64,000 nucleotides of DNA, from NCBI RefSeq assembly GCF_006345805.1, contig NC_043006.1, positions 82,150,001 to 82,214,000 on the forward strand, written 5' to 3'. Numbering within the stretch: the stretch's first letter is position 1; each line of letters starts with the position of its first letter. The notes under the pieces were generated by a model, which was given only the letters and a program-made list of their open reading frames with translations, was not told where the DNA came from and did not search any database. Shown piece after piece: positions 41,203 to 52,917 of this stretch. The position numbers were made by a program, and so were the translations under genes. Origin of the DNA: Octopus sinensis. Its lineage: Eukaryota.

Positions 41203-42283
41203 AGAAGGCAGGCAGTGGTGGCCAATGGAGCCACCTCCAAGGAAACACAAATAACAAGTAGGGCTACTGCTGTTCATAGTGGCCCTTTCAGACATGCCCT
41301 CAGTTGCTAAGATGACCACCCTTGCTAGCTATACAGATGACACAAAAGTCTCTCAGACAAAACAAAACTCTGGAAATATTGCACATCTGCAATGGGAGTT
41401 GGATACAATATACAGGTGAGCTGAGGACAACAACATGCAGTTTAATGCAGGGAAGTTCCAAGCCCTGTGCTACTGGCACACAAAGCTGAACGACATGCAG
41501 ACCGGATACACTGGCCCGGGGCACTGACATGAGCAATGATACATCTTTTCAAGTGCATATTGCCAATTTGGTAATAAAATGCAGACAGCTAGCTGGATAG
41601 ATCCTCCGAACTTTCAGAACAAGAGAGAAGGAGACACTGATGGTCCTTTAGAAAACATTCATCCTCAGCCGCTTGGACTACTGCTCCCAACTATGGTCAC
41701 CACACAATATAAAGTTAACAGCAGAACTCGAAGCAATCTAAGGAAGCTACACTAAGCAGATCGTCTCAATGCAACATATCAGCTACTGGGAAAGACTGAA
41801 AGTATTAAAACTCTTCTCCCTGGAGCGAAGGCAGGAAAGATATGCAGTGATATACATCTGGAAAATCCTGGAGGGCCTTATCCTAAATTTTGGCATTGAA
41901 AGTTACCGCAACAGCAGAACAGGGCGCCACTGCATGGTGACAAAGATCCCAACATCACCATCAAAATACAGGACCAGATACTGCAACAGCTTGGGTTTCA
42001 GGGGACCACAGTTCTTCAATATCCTTCCTAAATGCCTGAGAGACCTGCATGGTGTGGATGTGGATTTCTTTAAAACAAAACTTGATCTCTTCTTGTCAGA
42101 GGTTCCAGATGAACCTACCTCTCGGCAGGAAACACAGATGCGGTTAGCGGCGTCGAACTCCCTTGTTGACCAAGTGCCACGTATCAGAGGGGGTTTCACA
42201 TACTAGTGTAGCACAATCAACGGAGGTGCCCCAGCATGACTGCAGCTTTCGGGCTGAAACATTTTTAAGGATTTAAGGATTTA
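41203..42283 (+). mobile_element. CR1-clade LINE, 5'-truncated 3' end (RT C-terminus, 3'UTR stem-loop, TTTAAGGA tail)
   Basis: LASYTDDTK, RLDYCSQLWSPH, SYWERLKVLKLFSLERRQERY, NSLGFRGPQFFNILP..LDLFL..VPDEP; ends in CAGCT-TTCG-GGCTG-AAAC and an 8-bp repeat. Confidence 0.9.
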
Positions 42284-42570
42284 TATATATACATACACAC
42301 ACACACACATATACATATATACACACACACACATATATATACATATATATACACACACACACATATATATACATATATACACACACACACATATATATAC
42401 ATATATACACACACACACATATATATACATATATACACACACACATATATATATACATATATATACACACACACATATATATACATATATATACACACAC
42501 ACACATATATATACATATATACACACACACACACACACATACATATATACACACACACATACATATGTGT
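42284..42570. repeat. Compound (CA)/(TA) minisatellite after the CR1 tail
   Basis: ~24-26 bp units of ACACACACACATATATATACATATAT. Confidence 0.9.
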
Positions 42571-43261
42571 GTGTGTGTGTAATCTACTCGTATAAAAATT
42601 ATTGGGTTGTGGTCAAACTGGAGAAGCGCTTTTACGCGTTACAGTCAAACTTGCTTGTCTTATCGAATTCAGTTTTTAAAACAGCTAAGTTACGATACAC
42701 AGTGATACAACATAAACAACAATACTGAGAGTTAAATCGGTGTAAGCGTGAATACAGAGAGACACAAACATACATGCTTCAGCATAGTTTCCGTCTGCTA
42801 AATTCAATCCACAAGGTATTATTGGTGAACTCGAAGCAATAGAGGAAAAGGAGCTTGTTTATGTACTGTGTCATGGGATCGAACCCGGAACCACGTGCAT
42901 AATTGCGAAACTAATGTAAAAATATTATACCACACAGACCACGTATACATAAATACACACACACAGCCGCCAGTGCAACACCCCCAAACACAAACACATG
43001 GATACACTGTCACCCGCCTATAAACACATTCAACCACTCTCACACACACTCACACAATCAGCCACCTACGTTCAGACATACACAACCACCCACGCACGTA
43101 CGCATACACACAACCATCTACTCAAATGCATACACACACACAGCAACCCACAGACGCATGCACACAGTTACACACACACGCATACACAAACACCTACTCT
43201 CACACACACATACACAAACAACCACCCTCACACACGCATACACACGCGTACAAAAATCTAT

Positions 43262-43273
43262 TTATCTATCTAA

Positions 43274-43340
<67 letters not shown>
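43262..43340. repeat. (GATA)n microsatellite
   Basis: Direct reading. Confidence 0.95.
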
Positions 43341-43361
<21 letters not shown>

Positions 43362-45194
43362 TGCTTTAAGAGTGAGAGAATAAAAGACACTGACTATGGA
43401 AATGCCCATGAACGAAGAAAGTAACGAAAGATGGGAGGATGAATGAAACTGATACGAAACCAGCAGTGAATTACGATGTTGCTTAGAGAGAGGTATCTGA
43501 TGGGATCAACAAGAGACATCACAGCATTCCATGATCCTCAAACATTATATATTTATTCATGAAATGTTACTGCTTGTCACCAAGCATCTGGGTTGTGACC
43601 GTTGTATTTGTTTTGTTATTTGCTAACGTATTCAAAATGCATGATATCTACCTATATTTAGTAATATAAATAGCATCCAGTCATGTAATCAACTATACGA
43701 TATAAAATGGGGAAGCACTTGGTTTATATTTACAACAATTCTGTGCATATGAATTCGCTTGCATACAAATATGTGAACGTATATCTACTTATTTACAATG
43801 GCATATCAAATGTTTATTTTGTTTATTGCAATAATGGTAATAATAATTCTAATAGTGTTAATAAAACTGAAAAATACTACGATGATTCCACGCGGATTCT
43901 TGGATGGAATTAGAGTAAATCTCTATTGTCAACCTGTTTTGTTTGTTTACATACGAATGTCACACACGCAGACGGAAGGACCCACACATACACACTACGT
44001 AAGGATTTGACACGAACCGCGAAAATACTAAACATTGACTGACATATCAGTTTGTTTGCAGAAATTACTGGATAAATATCTAATACACATACATGCAGAA
44101 ATTCGTACATATGTGTATACATAAATACACACATTTATACATAAGAATGCATAGTATCCAAATAAAATTAACACAGAACCACGAGAGAGAAACCAGGAAT
44201 ACACTGGTCTTATATATGCATTTATCAGATACTTGGACGTCGGGTCAGCCTTGAATAAGCAAACATGATCAGAGAGAACTATTCCGTCCGATGTTTATTT
44301 TGGGAAATGTCCAATGCGTCCGGAAAAGATTTGGCTGCTATTCCTAGCAGTTGAGTAACTACGTTAAGGCTCCCTCAATTAGTTGGTGTCTGCTGAAAAA
44401 TGAATGGATGAAACCGGACATTTCAACATTTGTTTGCTGCACTCGATATGTAACAATAAAATAACCATTACTTCAGCTTCCAACCTCCTCCTGAGATCTG
44501 GACTGAATTATTGTGGAATTTTTATTATCATCATAACCATTTACCATTACTATTAAAACTCCCACCATTATCGTTTAGAATCACTAAGGAAGGCGGGTGC
44601 CGTAAGTACTCAGCAGGTAGTTTTCTTGCTTGCCTTGCAACCAGATCCGTTTAACTTCCCTCCAGGTCGCTACCTACTTTTAAGGGAAAAACACAAAACA
44701 TGAACTTCATAACTATCTACTCCCGTTTCCGCAATATAACATCCGAGTCTTCGTGACTAATTAAGAAATTATAACGATTATCATTACTAATAAACCCTCA
44801 CCTCCATCACAACATCAACAACATCGTTATTATTTATTTTTATCGTTAATGAACACGGTGAGAGACAAACTTCCGGCAAGAGGAGTCCGACACTCGGAGC
44901 CAATTTCGCTTCAGGTATGTGGCGAATATTTTTCGTGAAATGCAAGAACACAACATGCCACTTGCTTCGTCTACTTCATCACCCTCACAACATCTTCGAA
45001 CCACAAGAAAATATGTCAAGCTTTTTATACAAAAAAAAAAAATAATATGTATATATATATATTATTATTATTAATATTAAATCATGATGAAGGAGGGTGT
45101 CGATCAATCGTAGTTGCTCGTTTTGTTTTGTTGTTAGTGGTAATAGAGGTAGGTGGTACGTTAGCTCCGGGTTTATAAATTAATGATTACTTAC

Positions 45195-45306
45195 AGAATT
45201 CTGCAATGTACTCAGTTACGACATAATTCTCTTCACACCAATCGATTGTCGAGGTAACTGTCCCCCAATAGCCTGAAGCGGTATCCGTGCCATACGGAGG
45301 AGCCAT
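45195..45306 (-). CDS. ACER3: Alkaline ceramidase 3-like, coding exon 1
   Basis: Minus-strand ATG at 45306 reads [37 protein letters not shown]+T (112 nt), then a GTAAGT donor at 45194-45189. GYWG..TST.DWCEENY....IAEF is the ceramidase (CREST) N-terminal signature, closest to ACER3 as recalled ([35 protein letters not shown]). The phase-1 intron after EF matches vertebrate ACER3. Missed by the ORF track because it is short. Confidence 0.93.
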
Positions 45307-45580
45307 GCCAACACCACGACAAAATACTGCGCGAAGCTCAACAACTTGAGAGAGCGTGGATTTTAAGCGTTGTTATACGATGGAGGAGGAGGTAGAGGAG
45401 GAGGAGTAGGAGAACCGCGGAGAAGGAGAAGGAGAAAGACAGTCAGGGAGATAGAGAGAGAGATAATAAAAAAAAAAGCAGAAGGATGAGGAGAAACGAT
45501 AGTAAAGAGTACGAGAGAGGGAGATAAATGAAAGAGTGAGGCAGGAACGAAGGCGTTAAGACTTGCGGAACAGATACGAT

Positions 45581-45824
45581 ATGTATATACACACACCTCA
45601 CTATAGAGATATGTGTGTGTATAAAGAGAACGAGAGATATACACGCACACATGTATATTGTAGATATTTTTTGTTTATATAGATATATATATGCATGTAC
45701 TTTATGTATATACACATACCTCACTGTATAGATGTGTGTATAGAGAGAGAACGAAAGATATACACACACACATGTATATTGTAGATATTTTTGTTTATGT
45801 ATAAATATTATACGCATGTACTTA
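45581..45824. repeat. Tandem duplication of ~122 bp upstream of the ACER3 exon
   Basis: Units 45581-45703 and 45704-45824. Confidence 0.8.
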
Positions 45825-46741
45825 ATGTATATATGTGGATGGGTGTGTGTAAATGTGTGTGTGTGTGTTTGGGTCTGCATGCGCGCGCGCTCGTACTTGT
45901 GAAAAATTTGAGAAGTGAAAGAAGGTAAAAAGAAGACAGGTGTGTGTGTGTGTCTATATCTATACGTGTGTGTGTGTTTGTGTGGGGGGTTACATGTGTG
46001 TGTTTGTGTGTGCGCGCGAATATGTGCTTGCGTGTGAGTGAAGAAAGAAGAGATCCCAACAAACAACCGACAACAAACTTATTTGGCGAGAAGAGGCGTG
46101 TCGCGAAAATAATGGAAAGTAGCAGACGGAGTCGCATCGAAGGTACCTGCAAGTGCTAGGTACTTTAAGAAAACGGTAGGGGGTTCCTATGATGTACGCA
46201 CACGCACTGACAAGCAAATATATTGAAGGTAGTAAACGATGACAGACAAATAGATAGATAGATAGATAGATATAAATGAAAGAAAGGATATAATAGTTAC
46301 GATACTAAACAGGCGGGAATAATGTACGACTGTGGTCATAGTGGGAGAAGTAATGCCTGATAGATAAAAAAGGAAACAAAAATAAAGTTAATGTTTATTA
46401 GTGTCAGATTTTATAACCTTGATTGAGCAGACTTATGATCAAAGGCTTTCCGACCATGACAACCCTGATTTTGTTTACAGACAGTAATGTTTCTAGGATC
46501 ACACTGTTTAATGTGTCCTTCCGTTTATGAAACTAGGAAGATGGCAGTTGTTGTTTCTAGTCAATCGAATCGTTTCAGGAGGGAAACTTCCGTGACTCGT
46601 TTAAAAAAGTTAGTCTTTAATTGTATTTTACTAGCGGGGTGGAGTTGGTTTTTTTTACTTTGTCCCAGGGTCACAACTTTTTTATTATTTATTATTATTT
46701 TATTATTTTCATTTATTATTTTCATTTATTGTTATATTGTC

Positions 46742-47100
46742 TTATTCTTTTACTTGTTCCAGTCATTTAGCTGCAGCCATGCTGGAGCATCGCACTGAAA
46801 AGTTTTAGTTAAGCTAATCGACGGCAGGACTTATTTTTTAAAACATAGCAATTATTCTATCAGTCATTTTAACCAAACTGCTAAGTTACTAGTGCAGACG
46901 CACTAACACCGGTTGTCAAGCGGTGATGGGAGGGGGGACAAAGACACACATATCTATGTACATGCATATATATACGACAGGCTTCTTTCAGTTTCCGTCT
47001 ACCAAATCCACTCATAAGGCTCTGGTAGGTGACACACAGTGGGACTGAACCCGGAACCATGCGGTTGGGAAGCAAATTTCTTATCACGCAGCCATGCTTG
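46742..47100 (-). mobile_element. SINE family A (internal deletion)
   Basis: Reverse-complement copy retaining more CpGs than the intronic copies. Confidence 0.75.
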
Positions 47101-47386
47101 CATTATATATTTATTTCAGAAATGCAAGAATGGTCATCATAGTTTCGGGATAGCTTTCACTCCTTCGTGAGGATGGAAAAGTGCAAGGAATTAGGTAGGG
47201 GCGGTAAAAGCATTTTTAAACCATTGGACATTTTGAAAAAAAAAACAAAAAACTTTCAGAATCGTAATTCCCGCTGTGGGAAGGAAACATGGGAATATAA
47301 ATAAATAAATTTATTAATTTATTAATCAATTAATTAATTAAGCTATTCTGAAAATCCACCGTGTGGTCAGTTACTGTCGATTTAAT

Positions 47387-47775
47387 GTGGAGGCGCAATG
47401 GCCCAGTGGTTAGGGCAGCGGACTTGCGGTCATAGGATCGCGGTTTCGATTCCCAGACCAGGCGTTGTGAGTGTTTATTGAGCGAAAACACCTAAAGCTC
47501 CACGTGGCTCCGGCAGGGGATGGTGGTGATCCCTGCTGTACTTTTTCACCACAACTTTCTCTCACTCTTACTTCCTGTTTCTGTTGTACCTGTATTTCAA
47601 AGGGCCGGCCTTGTCACTCTCTGTGTCACGCTGAATATCCCCGAGGACTACGTTAAGGGTACACGTGTCTGTGGAGTGCTCAGCCACTTACACGTTAATT
47701 TCACGAGCAGGCTGTTCCGTTGATTCGGATCAACCGGAACCCTCGTCGTCGTAATCGACGGAGTGCTTCCATTCC
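47387..47775 (+). mobile_element. SINE family D, 13-bp TSD
   Basis: TSD ACTGTCGATT(T/C)AA at 47373-47385 and 47776-47788. Confidence 0.9.
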
Positions 47776-48238
47776 ACTGTCGATTCAACTAGTATTCATT
47801 TGTAATATAGCCACAAAACTTTTGTTACTAGTTATTTTATTGACTCTAGAAGGATGGAAAATTTAACTGCGGCGGGAGTTTAAACGATTCGATTAACTAG
47901 AAAATAACAACTGCAATCTTCTTAGTACTATTTTTTTTTGTTCGCTGTTCTACGAACTCTGACACGTGACATACGACCACAGTTATTTATAGAAAGAAGA
48001 GCATAGTCATCAAATCGATATGAGTACATTACTAGTACTTATTTTATCGATCTCGAACAAATGAAAAACATTTAAGTTAAACTCAGTGATTTAGACTCAG
48101 AACGTAAAGGGGACATAACTAAAGAAATCGTTTCTAGCATAGACACATGAGGCAACGAATTCTAAGGAGGGATTAATCGATTATAACGACCCAGTACTTG
48201 ACTGATCATTTAGGCAATCTTTCGGTATTAGTAGGCGA

Positions 48239-48670
48239 GGATCTTTTCGGTTTGAACGGCAGTTTTTTCTAGCGGTATCATATGAAATTGTCACCCATAA
48301 TTATGACCCTAGTATCGATCTATTGCATTTCAATCTATTTTAAATTTAGGTTTAGTTAGGGTTAGGGGTGGGGGGAAGGGGATCTTTTTTTTCTTCAGAA
48401 ATGTAAATAAACCCAATCTGTTTCTTAAACGAGGGACATATTCATACGGTACAGAATGTTTTTTACCTCAATACACGTCATTGATTGGTTGAAATTGCAG
48501 AAATTGAAGAAAAAAAACCAACAAATATCTTACAAACCTGAGAAAATTCTCAATAAAGCCAAGAGAAAAAGATGTTTTATAAACACATTCTACCAGTATA
48601 CGAGGTTTAAAATTTTTTAGTTACCTAGAAATTATTTTAAAAAACTGCCGTTCAAAACGAAAAGATCCCC
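48239..48670. mobile_element. TIR MITE (GGATCTTTTCGGTTTGAACGGCAG) with internal TTAGGG tract
   Basis: ~28-bp TIRs; second copy at 58442-58848; flanked by a 50-bp direct repeat. Confidence 0.85.
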
Positions 48671-49217
48671 ACCCAGTACTTGACTGATAATTTAGACAAT
48701 CTTTCGGTATTAGTAGGCGACGTCATTCACTCAAAGTGTCGACCAAACAGAAAATATCGTCTACAAAGAAGTTTTGTAATCACATTGATATTATCAAAAG
48801 GAATTATTTATAATTTAAATAAGGAAATTTATGAACTTTGAATGTATAAGAGTATAAACAGGCGTAAAATAGTGTAAACAACTAAAATAAAAGTATATCC
48901 AAATAACATTTTTCTTCTTAATATTTTTTATGTAGTGGTCGAAGGAAGCTTAGGCTTTCGTTAGGAGTGGTCCACATAATCATTCATGATACAGAGGCTG
49001 GGAGCCTGTTTCAGTTCGTGAGTGAATCGTCATCACATGTCACTTAGACGAAATACATGTCATATAGCTGCAATAGAATGCTGTATCACCAACAATTATG
49101 TGATTTTTCTAAGACGTCACTCTGTAATCAATCAAGTTCATTTACACATTTCTCAATACATACTGCTGTTATGACTTCGGTCCCCCATTTTATGCCTCCA
49201 TCGCAGATGGGTAGATT

Positions 49218-49218
<1 letters not shown>

Positions 49219-49268
<50 letters not shown>

Positions 49269-49279
49269 TAATAATAGTA

Positions 49280-49325
<46 letters not shown>

Positions 49326-49531
49326 TCCTTTGTACTAAAGGCACAAGGCTTGAAATTTTGGAGAAAGGGACTAGTCGGCTCCATTATTTCACTGGTACTT
49401 AATTTATCGACCCCGAAAGGAAGAAAGGCTAAGACGACCTAGGCGGAATTTGAATTCAGAACGTAGCGACGGACAAAATGCCGCTAAGCATTTTGCCCAG
49501 CGCGCTAACGATCCTGTCAGCTCGCCGCCTA

Positions 49532-49596
<65 letters not shown>

Positions 49597-49598
49597 TG

Positions 49599-49672
<74 letters not shown>

Positions 49673-49772
49673 AATAATGATAATAATAATGATAATAATA
49701 ATAATAATAATAATGATAATAATAATGATAATAATAATAATGATAATAATGATAATTATAATAATAATAATG

Positions 49773-49840
<68 letters not shown>
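49219..49840. repeat. Long (AAT)n/(GAT) array interrupted by a SINE
   Basis: Arrays at 49219-49322 and 49532-49840. Confidence 0.95.
49321..49530 (-). mobile_element. SINE family B embedded in an (AAT)n array
   Basis: Full-length copy with (AAT)n on both sides. Confidence 0.85.
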
Positions 49841-50193
49841 GCTACCAGGCCAACATATTAAAGAACGGCAGTAGCCCAACATGTCGTGTATGTCAACAAC
49901 AAAATGAAACCATTGATCATGTTGTCTCCAAGTGCAGTCTTCTTGCGCCTACAGAGTATCTCAACAGGCATGATAGACCTGCACAATATATTCACTGGGT
50001 AATTTGCAAAAGCCTGGACTTGCCCCGTGATAAAAACCGGTGGGAACACAAACCACCTCCAGTGCTAGAAAATGACCACATCTCACTCCTTTGGAACTTC
50101 ACTATTCAAACTGACAGAAAGAGAGACGCGAATAGGCCAGACATCATAGTAAAAGACTTCAGGCAAAAAACATGCCGCCTCATTGATATGACT
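49841..50193 (+). mobile_element. R4/Dong-clade LINE fragment 1 (CCHC knuckle and start of RLE)
   Basis: YQANILKNGSSPTCRVCQQQNETIDHVVSKC...EYLNRHD...WEHKP..VLEN...LWNFTIQTDR...NRPDIIV.....C.LIDMT; begins directly after (AAT)n. Confidence 0.85.
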
Positions 50194-50730
50194 TTGCAAA
50201 AAGTATGGACTTGAAAGAGCAAAAAATTGGTACGACCACAAACCTGAAAGCATTGTCGAAAATAGAAATGCAAAGATCCAATGGGACTTTGTGATTCAGT
50301 GCGACCATGAGATAGAAAATAGGAAGCCAGATATAGTCTTAATTGAGAAAGAAAACAAACTATGCTGGATCATAGATATAGCATGCCCACCTGACAAGGT
50401 ATGCGATAAGGAAGAAAGAAAAGTCGAGAGATATGACAGGTTAGCTTGGGATGTTAAGTAGTTGTGGTCGATGAAAGAGGTAGCAGTAGTACCAATAATT
50501 GTCGGAGCCCTGGAAACAGTATGCAAAAATCTCGAAAAGTACGTGGAACAAATAGGGGCTACAATAAGGGTGGAGCACTTGCAGAAAACAGCACTGCTTG
50601 GAACCGCTCGAATACTCCGGAAGGTGCTCGAAAAATAAGGGGTGTTACCTTAGTTCACTGGTAGTGAACATCTGATGCTGTAGTACATCGCCAGCACAAG
50701 AAGCTGTGCAAAAGCAACAATAATAATAAT
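50194..50730 (+). mobile_element. R4/Dong-clade LINE fragment 2 (RLE to stop, 3'UTR, AAT tail)
   Basis: CKKYGLERAKNWYDHKPE..VEN..KIQWDF.IQCDH.IENRKPDIV....C.IIDIACP...K..RY..L....PIIVGAL...LQKTALLGTARILRKVL; stop at 50636-50638; ends in aataataataat. Confidence 0.85.
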
Positions 50731-50880
50731 CCTTTCTACTAAAGACACAAGGTCTGAAATTTAGTGGGAAGGGACAAGTCGATTACATTGGCCTCAGTGC
50801 TTTACAGGTACTTATTTAATCAACCCCGAAAGGATAAAAGGCGACCTCAGCTATATTTGCACTCAGAACATAAAGATCTG
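50731..50880 (-). mobile_element. SINE family B, partial; its (ATT)n tail abuts the Dong element
   Basis: Tail and body match family B. Confidence 0.7.
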
Positions 50881-51066
50881 AGGCGAATACCAATGTTGTT
50901 GTTGTTGTTGATGATGATGATGATGATAATGATGATCTATATTATCTGCCACGGGGGCATCGGATGAAAGGGGCATTAAAAAAGCAGGTTACATAAATTG
51001 TGGAGTGCGCTGCTATTGTTGCTCTCACCACCTCCTATTATTTGTAACTTCTTTCTTGAGAGTAAC

Positions 51067-52917
51067 AATCAATCTAAAGCATTCGATAGGGTCGACCATC
51101 GCTACCTGGTATCTGCCCTGGCACAGTTCGGGCTGGGCCTTGGCTTCCTCAGGTGGATTATCCAAATTTACGACAACATCGACTCGGCAGTTCGGGTGAA
51201 CGGCTTCTTGTCGAAGCCGTTCAACATCAAGCGCTCGGTTCGTCAAGGGTGTCCGCTCTTCCCGCTTTTGTACGTGGTGGCTCTTGAGCCATTACTGCGA
51301 AAACTGAGCGGCATTCCGAGACAGCCAGGTTGTGGAAAATTGGTGTCAGCGTACGCAGATGACATCACCATCATCGTAACCGAAATGGATCACCTACAGA
51401 GGGTAGGCGAGGCCATAGAGGCTTACGAGACGGTGGCAGGAGCAAAAGTTAATCGTGAAAAGTCAGTCGGCTTGCAACTCGGCACCTGGAGAGGCAAGTC
51501 GATGCCTCCTGACAGCGTCGTGGGACGTTGGACGGAGGGTCCGATTAAGTTGCTAGGGGTTTGGTTCGGTCCAGACCTCCAAATAGAGAAGAATTGGGGC
51601 GAGGTATCGAGCAGGGTGGCTGCAGTAACCAAGACCTGGTCTTGGCAGTGGCTATCCCTGAAAGGGAGGGCGGAGGTAGCCAATGTGTTTATCGCATCGG
51701 TTATCACCTACCGCCTTTCCGTCGTTCCTTGCCCTGATTTGTGGATGATCAAGTTGGAAAGACAGCTCTTCTACTTCTTGTGGAAGGGCGGGAAACCACT
51801 TGTGAAACGCTCTACTTGCTGTCAACAACCGTTAAAGGGTGGGCTAGGGATTCCTTGGCTGATGATGCGTAGACATGCGCTGAGGTTAAGACATCTGTGG
51901 CTCTACCTGGAAGGTTAACGGGTGTGGTCTCCGCTAGCAAAACCGATGTTTCCCAAGTTCACTAGTTTCGGTGGATGGGAAACCTGGCTGAATCGTAGAT
52001 CGAAACTGGGCACATGGTACACGGAGTGTCGCAAGGCTCTCCTGCTATTCCGTCGCTCGGGCAACGCCTGCGGTGGGGGTTCCACCTCATTCTTCTATAG
52101 AGGGTTGGTAGAGGCGGAATGTGAAGATACCTTGGGGGAAACCCTAGGTCTCGACGATAATCAGCTGGCCAGTCTGTTCCGACGTACGTTCGAGCCGAAG
52201 ACACTGGACAACTTCCAGAAGTCTCTGGCATGGCAATGCTACAGAGGAGCTCTACCTGTTCGGGATAAACTCGCAAGGCACGGTGGCCAAGACAGTCCGA
52301 TATGTCCAAGATGCAGGCGGGATAGGGAAACCGTCCCGCACGCTATTGTTCATTGTTCGGTCGTGTCTGAGGTGTGGGTTTATGCCGAACAGCTGTTGTC
52401 AAGCACACGAAGAGTACAGCTGTCGACTGAGTCTATTATAAAAATTGACCCACCAGATTTCCTCGCGAAAGAAGGTAAAAATTGTTTTCTCGTTGTAGTA
52501 GCAATTGCGAAAGAGGTGATATGGAAGACGAGTTCATCTCCGGCTCTGGTTTGATGAATTACTTCATCTTTCACCTGAAAAGGAAGATAGGGCTGGAGAG
52601 AAAATGCCTGACTAAGAGAGTGTACGAAGAACGATGGAAAGATGTAGCACGAAAGTTGCGAGTGGATGATACCACATAAATGTAAAACTAGACGAAACCA
52701 AAGTATCAGTGGGGAGGCGGGCTCGTGGGGTCCGAGATAAACCCGCTCCCACTCCATCCGTAATGTCTTCCGGTCTGTTCTTCATTCGATTTTTTGCTAT
52801 TTTGTCATTTTTGTAAATTTTTAAATTCACCTTTTGTGTAATCCCATCCGATAATCTGACCCCAAATCAGGTTGTATTGTCCCCTCTATGTTCGCCCCTT
52901 GTGGGTAATAATAAAAC
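51067..52917 (+). mobile_element. Tx1/L1-clade LINE, 5'-truncated, young (RT plus zinc knuckle plus 3'UTR)
   Basis: QSKAFDRVDH, SVRQGCPL.PLLY, AYADD, AKVNREKS, CPRC...ETVPHAIVHC; one stop (51916-51918) and one frameshift/deletion (~52530); 3'UTR ends in GCCCCTTGTGGGTAATAATAAAAC. Confidence 0.9.

Larger units (their letters stand above)
1..45194 (-). other. ACER3: Putative intron 1 of the ACER3-like gene
   Basis: Follows the exon-1 donor. No WNT..SN, GSW.FH, LDELPM, WNIDN or FHAWWH exon found by eye. Region is CpG-depleted and repeat-filled. Extent is inferred; small exons could have been missed. Confidence 0.55.
44550..46250. promoter_or_regulatory. CpG-rich promoter/first-exon region
   Basis: Non-repeat CpG-rich sequence around the ACER3 ATG; ETS-like ACTTCCGG (44869-44876), CCAAT (~44900), GCGCGCGCGC (~45882) and TCGCGA (46101). 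Confidence 0.5.

Noticed and set aside
47391-47465. tRNA-like sequence as a tRNA gene
   Set aside because: It is the head of a multi-copy SINE with TSDs and continues into SINE body; no complete cloverleaf acceptor stem.
48350-48370. TTAGGG repeats as an interstitial telomere
   Set aside because: Only 2-3 units, and an internal part of a MITE present twice in the window.
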